This document shows, in pieces, positions 1 through 13,162 of a stretch of DNA of 64,000 nt. The DNA is from Octopus bimaculoides (lineage: Eukaryota): contig NC_068990.1 in assembly GCF_001194135.2 (NCBI RefSeq), positions 12,621,415 through 12,685,414 of the forward strand. The letters run 5' to 3'. The notes under the pieces were generated by a model, which saw only the letters and a list, made by a program, of their open reading frames with translations, was not told where the DNA came from and made no database searches. The position numbers and the translations under genes are program-made. Within the stretch, counting starts at the first letter, position 1. Every line of letters begins with the position of its first letter.

Positions 1-49
<49 letters not shown>

Positions 50-88
50 GTATATATATATATATCTATGTGTATATATATATATATT
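1..88. repeat. (TA)n microsatellite
   Basis: Direct sequence. Confidence 0.98.
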
Positions 89-799
89 TTTTTTAATAAT
101 ATATATATATGTCATTATGAATATATAGTCGAATTCATATTAAGAGATGATGCATTAAAGGTTATTTATTGATGTTCATATTTTAGTTTTGTCGTTTGGT
201 TATTCTTGACAAGTAAATGAGTCTCCCAATGTTTGGTCTCTTTATTCATTCGTACCTAATTATTACAATTATAATGATTTTTTTTTTCTCCGTGTGTATT
301 GTTGTCATCACTAATAGTTAACTTCATATGACTCATTGCTATCAGGCAATTTGATATTTTCTGCTAGTGTTGTGTTGATATTTTCTGTTTGCTCATTTCA
401 GAATTTCGAATGTAATTACCACAATATTCAATACCAATTGATATCATCTTGCATTATTAACTGCCACAGTAATATTTCTTGTAGTTGAACAGTAATTGAC
501 TTAGGTATTTGTCAGTAAATGCTTATAATGTACAACCCTCCGCTTAAAAGGAAGAAAAACAAGGCAAACATAAATACACAAAACTAATGGATACATATAA
601 CAGATCCATGGTTGCATGGATTATTGATGGGATTTGTCCAGTAAAAGTTCCCAAGTTGATAGAAACAACAGCCAAAATTTCTCAAATTACTTACTAGTCT
701 TAGCTGAGGAAGGATATGTTAGGTTACTGCTTCCCAACTGTAGTTTCTTAGAGGTTTCTTGAGAGAGGTTACTTGATGGTGCCTGAGAAATAGTGATTG

Positions 800-1085
800 T
801 CATCGTCATCGTCATCATCACATTGATGCCGTTCTTTAACATCCGATTTCCATGATGGCATGGGTTTGATGGTTTGACCAGAGCTAGCAAGCTGGGGAGC
901 TACACTAGGTTCCAGTCTGATTTGCCTTGGTTTCTACAGCTGGATGCCCTTCCTAATACCAACCCCCTTATAGTGTATGCTGGGTGCTTTTTACGAGCTA
1001 CCTGTACAAGCATTATTAAATGGCACCACCACAAGTGCTTTTTACATGGCACTGACTCTTCCAGGTCACATCCCCTTTACCAGGG
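800..1085 (-). mobile_element. RTE-type 3' tail / 3'UTR fragment ending in (GAT)n
   Basis: gctggatgcccttcctaa and ttaacatccg...tttccatg motifs shared with the RTE 3' end at 11856-12090. Confidence 0.75.
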
Positions 1086-1185
1086 GATCTGGCCTAAACA
1101 CTTCTGCTGTGGAAGACAGGTCTTGATAAATAGAGTAATTATATACTAATGCATTTCTGAGTAATTTTGTATGGCTGTGTGGGTA

Positions 1186-1377
1186 GGCGCAGGAGTGGCT
1201 GTGTGGTAAGTAGCTTGCTTACCAATCACATGGGGCCAGGATCAGTCCCACTGTGTGGCACCTTGGGCAAGTGTCTTCTCCTATAGCCTCAGACCAACCA
1301 ATTCCTTATGAGTGGATTTGGTAGACGGAAACTGAAAGAAGTCCGTTGTTTATATATGTGTGTGTATGTATGTGTGT

Positions 1378-1426
<49 letters not shown>

Positions 1427-1504
1427 TGTGTGTCTGTGTTTGTCCCCTCATCATTGCTTGATAACTGATATTGGTGTGTTTATGTTCCCCATAACTTAGC
1501 GGTT
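1186..1504 (+). mobile_element. tRNA-head SINE, family A (head + internal (TG)n + tail 1), 3' truncated
   Basis: ggcgcaggagtggctgtgtggtaag head, ccttgggcaagtgtcttct core, gaaactgaaagaag + (TG)n, ccc.taacttagcggtt; many copies in the window. Confidence 0.9.
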
Positions 1505-1537
1505 ACATACATACATACACACATGCGTACATAAATT

Positions 1538-2110
1538 TACAATGTCATCTGCAAAAATGACTGTCCTGAAATAAACTTAGGAAATCTCTCTGTTATGGAA
1601 TACATTCATGAACACCAACTCAAGGAATATTGGTAGAATATTCCCATCAAGACTACTGTCAAATGTAAACATAACAGACCGGATATTTTTGTTTGGGACA
1701 AAGGGGTAAAGGTATGTACCATCATAGAGGTTAGCTGCCCCGCAGATATGAATATGTCTTTGAAAATCAAAGAAAAAGAGGATATCTATGGACATCTGCT
1801 TCGAAACCTCCAGCTTCTATATCCAGATTATGAATTCATAGTTAGGCCAATAATAACTGGAGCACTAGGTTTTGTAAGCAAATGTTTAAAGGAGAATCTG
1901 GATAAACTAGGATTTTCAGAAAGAGAAATCGATCGGCTAATTCGTACATTACAAGTGCAATCTGTGAGTGGAGCAGTAAAAATATGCAAGACTTTTCTCA
2001 AGTTCCAAATGTGAATTCGTTTGTGTTAATTACGTCCCAAAGATGGAGCCTTGTATCTTTGTTGGAAACTGGCTCCCTCCTCAACAGAAGATTTATAATA
2101 ATTAAAAAAT
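1538..2110 (+). mobile_element. 5'-truncated non-LTR retrotransposon with restriction-like endonuclease (R4/Dong-like), pseudogenised
   Basis: In frame from 1541: ...EYW*NIPIKTTVKCKHNRPDIFVWDKGVKVCTIIEVSCPADMN...KEKEDIYGHL...PIITGALG. RPD..D/E-V..P..N..K..K..Y RLE motif; in-frame stop at 1634; ORF ends 2014. Confidence 0.85.
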
Positions 2111-2444
2111 AGAGGAGACACATACATGCATACAAAATACAAAGATACATACACATTACATTTATTTATAGAACCATAAAATCAGTAGATATTAGGAGTG
2201 AATATGCTTGTTTAACCACATGGTTAAATACATATATATCCATTTCTCATATCTCCTGACTTTGTGGTTTTATGTTCTCCTCATGAAATAATTTCATCAA
2301 TCAGATCTTCTGCATTTTCAGTTACATGGACTCTCTACATTAAATCTCTTTATAAGTGATTACTATATAGACTGATAGCCTAGTCTGTAAGAGCAGCTTT
2401 CTGTGATAGCTGCATGATTCACTGATTCCTCATTTTAAACTGCT

Positions 2445-2512
<68 letters not shown>

Positions 2513-3250
2513 GCAGCCATCAATATTTTATACAGATTTTTATATAAGAAAGCAGAAGCATATGAAACTATTTTTGAACAAAATGTTTTTGTTTCTTTTA
2601 CATATCTGTAAAGTCCATGCTGAAGCATGGTTTGCACAGATATGTTGAGAATTAAGGGATTAGATACATTGTAGCAACGTTATTGCCTAGCAGATAAGGT
2701 ATTCATCTACCTGCTCTTAGATAATAAGTGTAAATCTCCTGCAGGTGTTTTGTTGTAGTTTTTCAAGACACAACACCTTTTTCCTTTACAATGTTCTAAC
2801 TCACAAAAGATAGGTTTCTTATCTTGTGAAAGATTTCTTCTATTTATTTTATGCCTGTAAGTTAGAGGTAATCAGCAAATTATCGCCAAATCATAAAATC
2901 TGATTGAAGATTATAAGGTATTTATGTTATAATATTATAAGATCTAAAGCATTAATCTAGGGAAAACATAAGGACTATAATGGCAAGCTAAATTCTACGT
3001 CTTAGAATATATCTAGAAAGTAGATCCTTCTAAATCATGTAAGCAAACAGAAGTTTTGTGAATTATGAGCTGCAGTAATCTTGATAAATGACATATTCGT
3101 ATATTTTCACTCAATACCATTTCATTTTGAGAATTTTTTCTTTTATATATAAGAAATGTTACTATTTCTTTTAATCAGGCTGAGTATTTATATAAAAGAT
3201 ATTAGTAAATTTTATATTATAAAGTACAAAAATAAAAGCCAAAAGAAAGG

Positions 3251-3289
<39 letters not shown>

Positions 3290-3462
3290 TATTAATGATA
3301 AAGACAAAAAACTAACACAATACAAGACCAGGAAAAGTTTTCACGCTCTTAACAACAGAATGAAACATACAATGCTGCACACACCTCAGCAACATGGAGG
3401 TGTATCAGGTGATGCATTAGAAATTTGCCCAAAACTACCAAATGTTGAACAACTATATAGTA

Positions 3463-3541
<79 letters not shown>

Positions 3542-3958
3542 GAGTATATACCACACAAGTGCATAGGACCTCTGCAGAAATTTTAGGAAAATAAAGATCA
3601 GAAATAAGTGGAAATTTTACCGGTGAGTGTGTTAAATTATAAGNNNNNNNNNNNNNNNNNNNNNNNNNNNNNNNNNNNNNNNNNNNNNNNNNNNNNNNNN
3701 NNNNNNNNNNNNNNNNNNNNNNNNNNNNNNNNNNNNNNNNNNNNNNNNNNNNNNNNNNNNNNNNNNNNNNNNNNNNNNNNNNNNNNNNNNNNNNNNNNNN
3801 NNNNNNNNNNNNNNNNNNNNNNNNNNNNNNNNNNNNNNNNNNNNNNNNNNNNNNNNNNNNNNNNNNNNNNNNNNNNNNNNNNNNNNNNNNNNNNNNNNNN
3901 NNNNNNNNNNNNNNNNNNNNNNNNNNNNNNNNNNNNNNNNNNNNNNNNNNNNNNNNNN

Positions 3959-3993
<35 letters not shown>

Positions 3994-3997
<4 letters not shown>

Positions 3998-4318
3998 GCA
4001 CTCCATCGGTTAAGACAACGAGAGTCCCAGCTGATACGATCAACAGAACAGCTTGCTCATGAAATTAACATGCAAGTAAATAGCAATCCACAGACACATG
4101 TACTCCTAACGTAGTTCTCAGGAAGATTCAGCATGACACAAAGTGTGACAAGGCCAGCCCATTTGAAATACAGGTACTACTCATTTTTGCCAGCTGAGTG
4201 GACTGGAGCAATGTGAAATAAAGTGTCTTGCTCATGGACACAATGTGTCGCTGGGAAACGAACTAACAGCCTTACAATTGTGAACCGAATGCCCTAACTA
4301 TTAAGCCACATGCCTTCA
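3994..4318 (-). mobile_element. tRNA-head SINE, family C (tail type shared with 55345-55670)
   Basis: Reverse complement has tggcttaatagttaggg A box and ttgctccagtccactcagctggcaaaaatgagtag core. Confidence 0.85.
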
Positions 4319-4790
4319 CATATATATATAAATTCATACATATATTTAGTATTTTAGACTAATGGGTATATGTAAATTAGTGTGTTGAAGTATTTAGTAA
4401 AACACTGGCACAGTTTGGGCTACCTGGTGTCACCCGCAGTTGTGGTATATTATCATTGCATCTACTTCAGGAACTCCGTAGTGTTAGTTAAGATAATAAT
4501 TTCTTAATTAATCAGAAGATGGATTTGATATTAATCTGTATTTTGTACAACAGTCGTTTGAACCCGTCCTTCTACTGTTCCGTATGGGTAGGACTCTGTT
4601 CAACACGCTGTGGGTCTCATCAGCTATCTCCATACATAAAGTTGTGTCTCACTAAAGATCCTGTGTTTCCATTGTCATGCTGTCATATTCCTCTCTGGTT
4701 AGGGAATGAAACACTGCTACAACTTTCAGTTACTATCCTCTTTCAATAAGAATCGCAAACATTTGTAAATATAGACAAATAACTGTTGAT

Positions 4791-4902
<112 letters not shown>

Positions 4903-5415
4903 AACATATATATACATACACAGTTACATACACACACATATGTACATTCACAGGCACACACACATATAAATCTAAATATATATCTATGTGTGTGCATATA
5001 CATACAAACCCAGGCACAAAAATCACTATCCTGTATCTATATTTAACTGTATATTTCTTATTGAATTATTTATCTGATAATGTTTCACTCAATATTAACA
5101 GGCCTCCATATATGTTAAATACTTTTTTACACTTAACTATCATCACCATCATGATCATCATCATCATCATCATCATCAATCATCATGATTCATCATCAAT
5201 TGCCATTATAATTATTTTACGTCAACTTTGTATGCTGGCATAGTTTTGTACAGGTCTTCAATGTCTACCCCTCATCTATATATTTCATTCTTGGTTTGGT
5301 TTCTACACTTGGATGCCCTTCCTATAAACTTAGATATATTTCGACCAAAGATTGGTCCAGGCCATGTCTAACTTAATAGCACCAGCTGATACGATTATCT
5401 AAATCCTTTTTACAG

Positions 5416-5920
5416 TCAAGTCTTGTTTACGGTCCATTCAAGTAGTAAGTTCTTGTTGAGTGAGTTGTATCCAGGTATGGGTGGCTTGTCTGGTATTCCT
5501 TGAAGAAATCTGTCTAGACACCATTCAAAGCTCATAGGATCCTTTTCCTCTTTTATGTTAAGCAGGGCAGGGCCTGTTGAGGAAAAGAAATTATGCCGCA
5601 GTGTGCCTATATGTTGTGATCCTGAATTGGGCAGGGGACGTATGGACCGTGGTCCCAGCCTAAGATGAACATTGAAACTGATATTCAGGTCGTTTGGGCA
5701 ATGCTGGCGGTATATTTTCCACATCATACAGGTGATGTACTGCTCACGGCGGTGCTGGAGAGAGTAGAGTTTCAAGGCTTTAAGGCGGTCGCAGTAATCA
5801 AGATCAGTCATGCCTTCAATTCGTTTAAGAAAGTATTGGAAGCATTTTATTGCAGCCCCAGCACTAGTGTTTGTCATGTTCTCAACAAAATTAAAGGGTT
5901 CTCTTGAACCTGTGCTGTCT
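5416..5920 (-). mobile_element. CR1/L2-group LINE, C-terminal ORF2 fragment
   Basis: FLKRIEGMTDLDYCDRLKALKLYSLQHRREQY...GPALLN...LDRFLQGIPDKP..PGY matches the typical post-RT region of this LINE group. Confidence 0.85.
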
Positions 5921-6530
5921 ATGTTTCTTTACCAGTCCATTTTCAAAGTGTAACTTAATACAGTCTTGTGTGCGTTCATTTCATTCATATTTGAAAGAAT
6001 TAAATAACATTGAGGGAGCTGATACATAGCCACTTGGCCTGTTAGAAATAGCATCCAAACTTCTCTCAGATCATCTTAAAGACAACAAAGGTGTATTGGT
6101 GTTCATGTTCATTGGCGCCAAATCTTTGATAATAAGCCTGTTGGATTGGTATTGTCTTGGTGGCTGAACAAAATAAACATGAACAAATTACAAGCCAAGT
6201 AGAGACTGTTTATATGGTAGCTCATCTCACTTGGGATTTCTAATTAATATTACCAAAGCTTCTGCTCTTATGCAAGTGAGACAGACTACTTTACATCTGT
6301 CATATGTGCATATACTACAAATAGTTATAATCTACTATTCTCTCTGTGGCTTGGAAATGAGTAAATACTTTCTGATGAAATATTAATAAATGCTGAAACT
6401 AATCAGTTCATTTTCTTTGCCTGGTCACTCAGAGAAAACATCCATGGTTTAATCACAGTGTCTGCATACTGAATTTATAATGTATGTTTACTAAAACACA
6501 ACCTTGTCATTTTACCTTCACATCTACACA

Positions 6531-6862
6531 TTCTTTTATTCTTATACTTGTTTCAGTCATTTGACTGTGGCCATTCTGGAGCACTGCCTTTAGTCGAAAA
6601 AACCGACCCCAGAACTTAATCTTTTTAAGCCCGATACTCATTCTATTGGTCTCTTTTACCAAACTACTAAATTACAGGGACGTAAACACACAAAGATTGG
6701 TCGTCAAGCAAAGGTGGGGGTCAAATACAAACACACAAATACACACACACATGCACACGCACATATATATAACAGGCTTCTTTCAGTTTCTGCCTACCAA
6801 ATCCCCTTACAAGGCTTTGGTCGGCCCAAGATTATAGTAGAAAACACTTGCCAAAGGTGCCA
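6531..6862 (-). mobile_element. SINE family A
   Basis: Reverse complement of tail 1 (cttgtttcagtcatttgactgtggcc) through to the core (cacttgcc.aaggtgcc). Confidence 0.9.
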
Positions 6863-7134
6863 AGCATAGCCAAGGCTAGCAGGTTAGCCTGCTAGCCTTG
6901 GTTATGTCAAGATGGATTTCTTATGTATTCTTCTTTGCCACTTAGATTTTAAATGTTTCCACAACAGTAATATGTCCATTCTGCTGAAATTAAATTTTCA
7001 GTAAATTTTCTGTATACCTGTGCAGCTGAAGATTGCCCTGCATTTTACATTTAATGTAATGCTCGCATTACTTAAATAAATGGAGTAGCATGAAACGTGC
7101 GTACTGCAATAACCTTTAAAATCTGTGCTGCTTT

Positions 7135-7165
<31 letters not shown>

Positions 7166-7884
7166 GTATATAATATTATTTGATCATTTGAAGTGTTTAG
7201 TTCCTGTCAACTGTTTCCNNNNNNNNNNNNNNNNNNNNNNNNNNNNNNNNNNNNNNNNNNNNNNNNNNNNNNNNNNNNNNNNNNNNNNNNNNNNNNNNNN
7301 NNNNNNNNNNNNNNNNNNNNNNNNNNNNNNNNNNNNNNNNNNNNNNNNNNNNNNNNNNNNNNNNNNNNNNNNNNNNNNNNNNNNNNNNNNNNNNNNNNNN
7401 NNNNNNNNNNNNNNNNNNNNNNNNNNNNNNNNNNNNNNNNNNNNNNNNNNNNNNNNNNNNNNNNNNNNNNNNNNNNNNNNNNNNNNNNNNNNNNNNNNNN
7501 NNNNNNNNNNNNNNNNNNNNNNNNNNNNNNNNNNNNNNNNNNNNNNNNNNNNNNNNNNNNNNNNNNNNNNNNNNNNNNNNNNNNNNNNNNNNNNNNNNNN
7601 NNNNNNNNNNNNNNNNNNNNNNNNNNNNNNNNNNNNNNNNNNNNNNNNNNNNNNNNNNNNNNNNNNNNNNNNNNNNNNNNNNNNNNNNNNNNNNNNNNNN
7701 NNNNNNNNNNNNNNNNNNNNNNNNNNNNNNNNNNNNNNNNNNNNNNNNNNNNNNNNNNNNNNNNNNNNNNNNNNNNNNNNNNNNNNNNNNNNNNNNNAAC
7801 ATATACACCATTGAATTTTATCTTGTATCATTAATCTTATTATAGGTAACTTTTGTGAAAATGGCTTTTTCTTTTTGCATTAAG

Positions 7885-8645
7885 TGCAGGTTGTGTGGTT
7901 TAGACAATTGCTTTGCGGTCAAATGGTTTCAGGTTCAATCACACTGTATGTCACCTTGTGTTATATACCAGGGATGACCAGTGCCTTAAGGATAAATTTG
8001 ACCGATGGAATCCGTGTGGAAATCCATTGTGTGTGTGATTGTATATGTGTGGGTGTGTGCATATGTGTGTGATTGTGTGGGTGTGTGCATATGTGTGTGA
8101 TTGTGTGGGTGTGTGCATATGTGTGTGATTGTGTATGCGTGAATGTGTGTGACTGTGTATGTGTGAGTGTGTGTGACTGTATATGTGTGTGTGCATGTGA
8201 TTGCATACGTGTGTGATTGTGTATGTGTGTGTATATGTGATTGTGTATGTGTGTGTGTGTGATTGTGTGTGTGAGTATGTGTGACTGTATGTGTGTGTGT
8301 GATTGTGTATGTGTGTGTATANNNNNNNNNNTGAGTATGTGTGACTGTATGTGTGTGTGTGATTGTGTATGTGTGTGTATATGTGATTGTGTATGCGTGT
8401 GTGTGTGTGATTGTGTGTGTGAGTTTGTGTGTGTATATGTGATTGTGTATGTGTGTGTGTGAGTATGTGTGACTGTATGTGTGTGTGCATGTGATTGCGT
8501 ATATGTGTGATTGTATACATGTGTGTGTGTGATTGTGTATGCGTGTGTGTGAGTGTCACTGTGTTTGTTACCGCCACTACCCCCACTTGAGAACAATTGT
8601 TTGTTTACGTCCCTGTAACTTAGCAATTTACTAAAAGTGACGTAA
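7885..8645 (+). mobile_element. SINE family A with ~520 bp expanded internal TG-rich compound repeat
   Basis: Head 7885-8030, gtgtgtgattgtgt-type repeats 8030-8555, tail 1 8556-8645. Confidence 0.8.
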
Positions 8646-8656
8646 TAATATGTACA

Positions 8657-9030
8657 TGGTAAGAAGCTTGTTTTCCAACCACATGGTTCCAGGTTCAGTC
8701 CCATTGAGTGGAACCTACTATAGCCTCAGGCTGACCAAAGCTTTGTGTGTGGATTTGGTAGATGGAAACTGAAAGAAGCCCATCCTATATATATAGATAT
8801 GTGTGTGTGTGTGTGTGTGTGTGTGCCTGTGTTTGTCCCCCGCAACCATCGCTTTACAACCAATGTTGGTGTGTTTACGTCCCCGTAACTTAGCAATTCA
8901 GCAAAGAGATTCATAGAATAAATACTAGGCTTACAAAGAACAAGTCTTGAGGTCGATTTGTTCAACTAAGGATGGTGCTCCAGCATGGCTACAGTCAAAT
9001 GACTGAAACAAGTAAAGAAAAAGATAAATT
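8657..9030 (+). mobile_element. SINE family A, near complete
   Basis: Head, (TG)n and tail ending tgactgaaacaagtaaaga. Confidence 0.9.
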
Positions 9031-9044
9031 CATAAAATAGTATG

Positions 9045-9215
9045 GGTGCAGGAGTGGCTGTTTCCTTCCTAACCACATGATTCCAGGTTCAGTCCCATTG
9101 CATAGCACCTCGGGCAAGCATCTTCTAATATACTTTTGGTCTGACCAAAGCATCGTGAGTGGATTTGATAGATGGAAACTCAAAGAAGCCTTTCATATAT
9201 GTGTGTGCATGCATG

Positions 9216-9263
<48 letters not shown>

Positions 9264-9495
9264 TCTTTATGTCTGTGTTTGTCTCCCACTACCACTTGAC
9301 AACCGATGTTAATGTGTTTATGTGCTTGTAACTTAACAGTTCAGCAAAACAAATTGATAGAATAAGTATCACATATAGGAAAAAGTAAGTACTGGGGCCA
9401 ATTTATTTGACTAAAAATTCTTCAAGATAGTGCCCCAGCATGGCCAGTCTAATGACTGGAACAAGTAAAATATAAAAGATGAAAGATGAAAGTTA
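9045..9495 (+). mobile_element. SINE family A, near complete
   Basis: gcaggagtggctg head through gactggaacaagtaaaa tail. Confidence 0.9.
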
Positions 9496-11855
9496 ATCAC
9501 CATTGTTTATTTTTATGATTTCATCAAAGTTCTATAATCTAGAGCATACAAGGAAAGAATTTGTATATATGGTTTTTAAACATAAATCAATTAGTTTCAC
9601 TTCTGTTTGAATAAATACTATTATAGTTTTGAATAAATGGAAACATGAAAGTGATTTTTACAACTTTCCTATACGTCAGAAAATGAAAACATATTATATA
9701 TTTTTTCATAAAAATATTGAAAATAAAATGAGAGGAACTAGTTTTACGCCATTTTAGTTTTTCCTTTTTGCTAGAGAGAAACATTTGGTTTATCGAAAAA
9801 TTTCTGATACTTTGGAACTATTTTCTTGTCTTTCTTTGCTGCTTAAACAAGAAACCTTAGAAAGAATGCTTCGCAATTAACTTTAATAATGTTAAATGAG
9901 TTTTCACTTTGCCAGTGCAATTAATTAATCATTTTGAATGTAAATTATAAATAAAACCTTCAACTATTGTAAGTCCCACAACCGTTAGAATTTTGTTTTT
10001 TTTCACTTTCTTCTTTGTGATGTAAATTCTTGATGCTATTCAAGGAATTTACCTTATATTCTGATCTATAAATCAACTTTGTTCTTTTATATTTGATTCA
10101 AAAAGTAAAACAGCTTTAAACATCTTTGATTAACAATTGCACTTATGTAGAATGTTTAAGTTAATTAGTGATGAGAAAAATAAAATAATTACTTTTCAAT
10201 GGGAAAATTTAATCAGCACTGCTCTATACTTAACTTGATGTATCTGATATAAGTTGCTTTGCTAAAGTGAAATTAAAGATTTGTTTTAAAAAGGCATAAA
10301 CTCTGTTGCTACAAAAACCTATATTTTTTTTTTTTTTTTTGTAAAACAAGGAGCTTATTCAGTAAAATAAGTTTTAGCTTTTGTATCTGGAGTTAAGTGT
10401 CTTTCCAAAAATTAATGTAACTTCTACCATGTATAAAGTTACAGTTAAGTCATAATATGAAATTATAATCAAGCATTTATTATAGAAACTCATTTATTGC
10501 ATTTAAATTCACCTGGCCTTTGTTTTTCTGTCTACTGTGTCCTTGTGTGTATATATGTATGTATGCATTTGTGTATGTATGAGTGTAAATGTGCTTGTTT
10601 GTGTGTGTGTGTGTGTGTGTGTGTTGGTAAGTCAATTATATACACCAATTTCTGTTGGCACTTTATAGAGTAAAGTTGATAGTAAATGCATCACTATGCT
10701 ATAGTCTAATTCACTCACACTAATTATTGTCGCTGGGTAGTGAGATTGATACTCTAAAGAGAAATTTACATTTGTCTTTTACACTGAGAGGGAATACAAC
10801 AGGTAATCAATCCAACATTATTAGCAAGTCTTCATGACTCTCTTAATCAATATTCAATTCAAATTTTTAACTTAATTGTTTAGAATTAAAAAAAGAAGTA
10901 AAGTCTCTCAGTGTACAACTTTGATCTTATTGGCTTAAAGCAAATACAGATTAAACATTCTTTTGAATATTCTACCAGTCTGTGTCAAGCAGTGTACTTT
11001 GATAATCTGGTTCCTATTTTCAACTGCTAAATAAACTGAGCCTATAATATATTTTGTCACAAGCACCAATGCCATCAACAGATATTGAACTCCCAATCAA
11101 TGAGCAACTGATCCAGTGACTCATCCATTCCACCATTTTACTGATACCACTTGTGGCTTGGTAACCACAAAATGGATCCTGTGGTCCTTGATTTCCAAAG
11201 TGACAGTCTTACACCTTTTATAAATTGCAAATCTTGTTGAGCCACTAATTACAGAGCTTCCTCAGACAGTTGTTTAATCATGATTTTCATCAATAGCAAT
11301 TTTTGTGGTCACTCAACCTACTGGAAATAGCAGCCAAATCTTCTTTACATCACACCTTAGTTTTGAAAAGGCCACACTGAATAGCATAGTCCTAGATACA
11401 TTGTGGCTGAGTATAAGATGGGATTGTCAAGACTGGACTAACTTTGACTTGGTCAGTCTTATCAGGCTAAACAATTACAACAGCAGCGACAACTGCCAGT
11501 AATTATACATAACGAACGCCTTTCCAGTCTTATAAAGCTAACCCTTTGTTTTGTGACTGAACACTTGTTTCAGTCTAGAAGTCCAGACTCAAATGAGCAT
11601 TCTAATGAATGAACTTTATCTTATAGTTCACACAATTAATTTAATCCAGTGAATTATCCTCACTTCTCTCCAAAAATTAACTTTGGATCAATATGATTCA
11701 TGTATCTAATTTCTTGTTTTTTCCTCTGTTATAATTCCATTTACATCCATCTACATTGCATTATAAGAATATGTACATACATACATACATACATACATAC
11801 GTACATAAATTTGTAAGTGAGTGTGTGTGTATATGTAAATATATGTATGTATACA

Positions 11856-12650
11856 TCATCATCATCATCATCATCGTTTAACGTCCGCTTTCCATGCTAG
11901 CATGGGTTGGACGATTTGACTGAGGACTGGTGAAACCGGATGGCAACACCAGGTTCCAATCTAATTTGGCAGAGTTTCTACAGCTGGATGCCCTTCCTAA
12001 CGCCAACCACTCAGAGAGTGTAGTGGGTGCTTTTACGTGTCACCCGCACGAAAACGGCCACGCTCGAAATGGTGTCTTTTATGTGCCACCNNNNNNNNNN
12101 NNNNNNNNNNNNNNNNNNNNNNNNNNNNNNNNNNNNNNNNNNNNNNNNNNNNNNNNNNNNNNNNNNNNNNNNNNNNNNNNNNNNNNNNNNNNNNNNNNNN
12201 NNNNNNNNNNNNNNNNNNNNNNNNNNNNNNNNNNNNNNNNNNNNNNNNNNNNNNNNNNNNNNNNNNNNNNNNNNNNNNNNNNNNNNNNNNNNNNNNNNNN
12301 NNNNNNNNNNNNNNNNNNNNNNNNNNNNNNNNNNNNNNNNNNNNNNNNNNNNNNNNNNNNNNNNNNNNNNNNNNNNNNNNNNNNNNNNNNNNNNNNNNNN
12401 NNNNNNNNNNNNNNNNNNNNNNNCCAGCGCAATCGTCTCTCTTGCACACCACAACTGATGCTTCTAATGTTCAGCTTTTCTCTCAAGATACTTACACTCT
12501 GACGGGTATTCACATTGACATTACACATCCAAAGGAGCATACTGGCTTCATTCCTTGCGAGCTTACGTATGTCCTCAGCAGTTACAGCCCATGTTTCACT
12601 GCCATGTAGCATGGCTGTTCGTATGCATGCGTCATACAGTCTGCCTTTTA
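11856..12650 (-). mobile_element. 5'-truncated RTE-clade LINE (ORF C-terminus, gap, 3'UTR, (GAT)n tail)
   Basis: 12650-12424 encodes KGRLYDACIRTAMLHGSETWAVTAEDIRKLARNEASMLLWMC...ISCGVQERRLRW. 12090-11856 is a 3'UTR ending gcatggaaagcggacgttaaacgatgatgat. The N gap between the two parts makes continuity an inference. Confidence 0.85.
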
Positions 12651-12665
12651 TGTATATATATATAC

Positions 12666-12706
<41 letters not shown>

Positions 12707-12850
12707 GGCATGACTGTGTAGGAAGAAGCTTGCTTCAAAACCACATGGTTCTGGGCTCAGTCTCACTGGGCAAGTGTCTTCTACTATAGCCTTGGACTGA
12801 CCAAAGCCTTGTGAGTGGATTTGGTAGATGGAAACTGAAAAGAAGCCTAT
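12707..12850 (+). mobile_element. SINE family A head
   Basis: ggcatgactgtgtag...gggcaagtgtcttctactatagcc...gaaactgaaagaagcc. Confidence 0.85.
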
Positions 12851-12875
12851 CATATATATTAAAGTCTGTCATACC

Positions 12876-12915
12876 GGCCATGATGAAGGGAAATAGCCCT
12901 GAAACTTGAGTCGCC
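12876..12915 (+). ncRNA. Decayed minimal type I hammerhead ribozyme motif
   Basis: ggc c(a)TGATGA aggg-aaatag-ccct GAAA cttgag TC gcc. The core has one change at C3 or a 1-nt insertion; stem II is intact. Confidence 0.5.
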
Positions 12916-12929
12916 TTTATATATATATA

Positions 12930-13162
12930 TTTATATTTATATATTTATATATTTGATCCTTTATATTGAACACTCAATATTTCATCTACATTCAATACTT
13001 TCTTTCATGGTGCCATCCATTTTTATTTTATTTTATTTTATATTGTATATTGTATATCATATTATATATTGTATATTCCATATTCTATACCCCACATTAG
13101 TTCTGCAGGAATATAAATAAAACATAAAAAACAGACAGTGTTGGAACTCTTTTAAGCAAAAT
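12930..13162 (+). repeat. AT-rich interspersed repeat, inverted copy at 19876-20120
   Basis: tttgatccttttatattgaacactc...aaacagacagtgttggaactctttt recurs as the reverse complement. Confidence 0.85.

Noticed and set aside
7951-8704. His/Thr-rich, Cys/Val-rich and Tyr/Ile-rich ORFs here and elsewhere (e.g. 63581-63997)
   Set aside because: Translations of (CA)n, (TG)n and (TA)n microsatellites.
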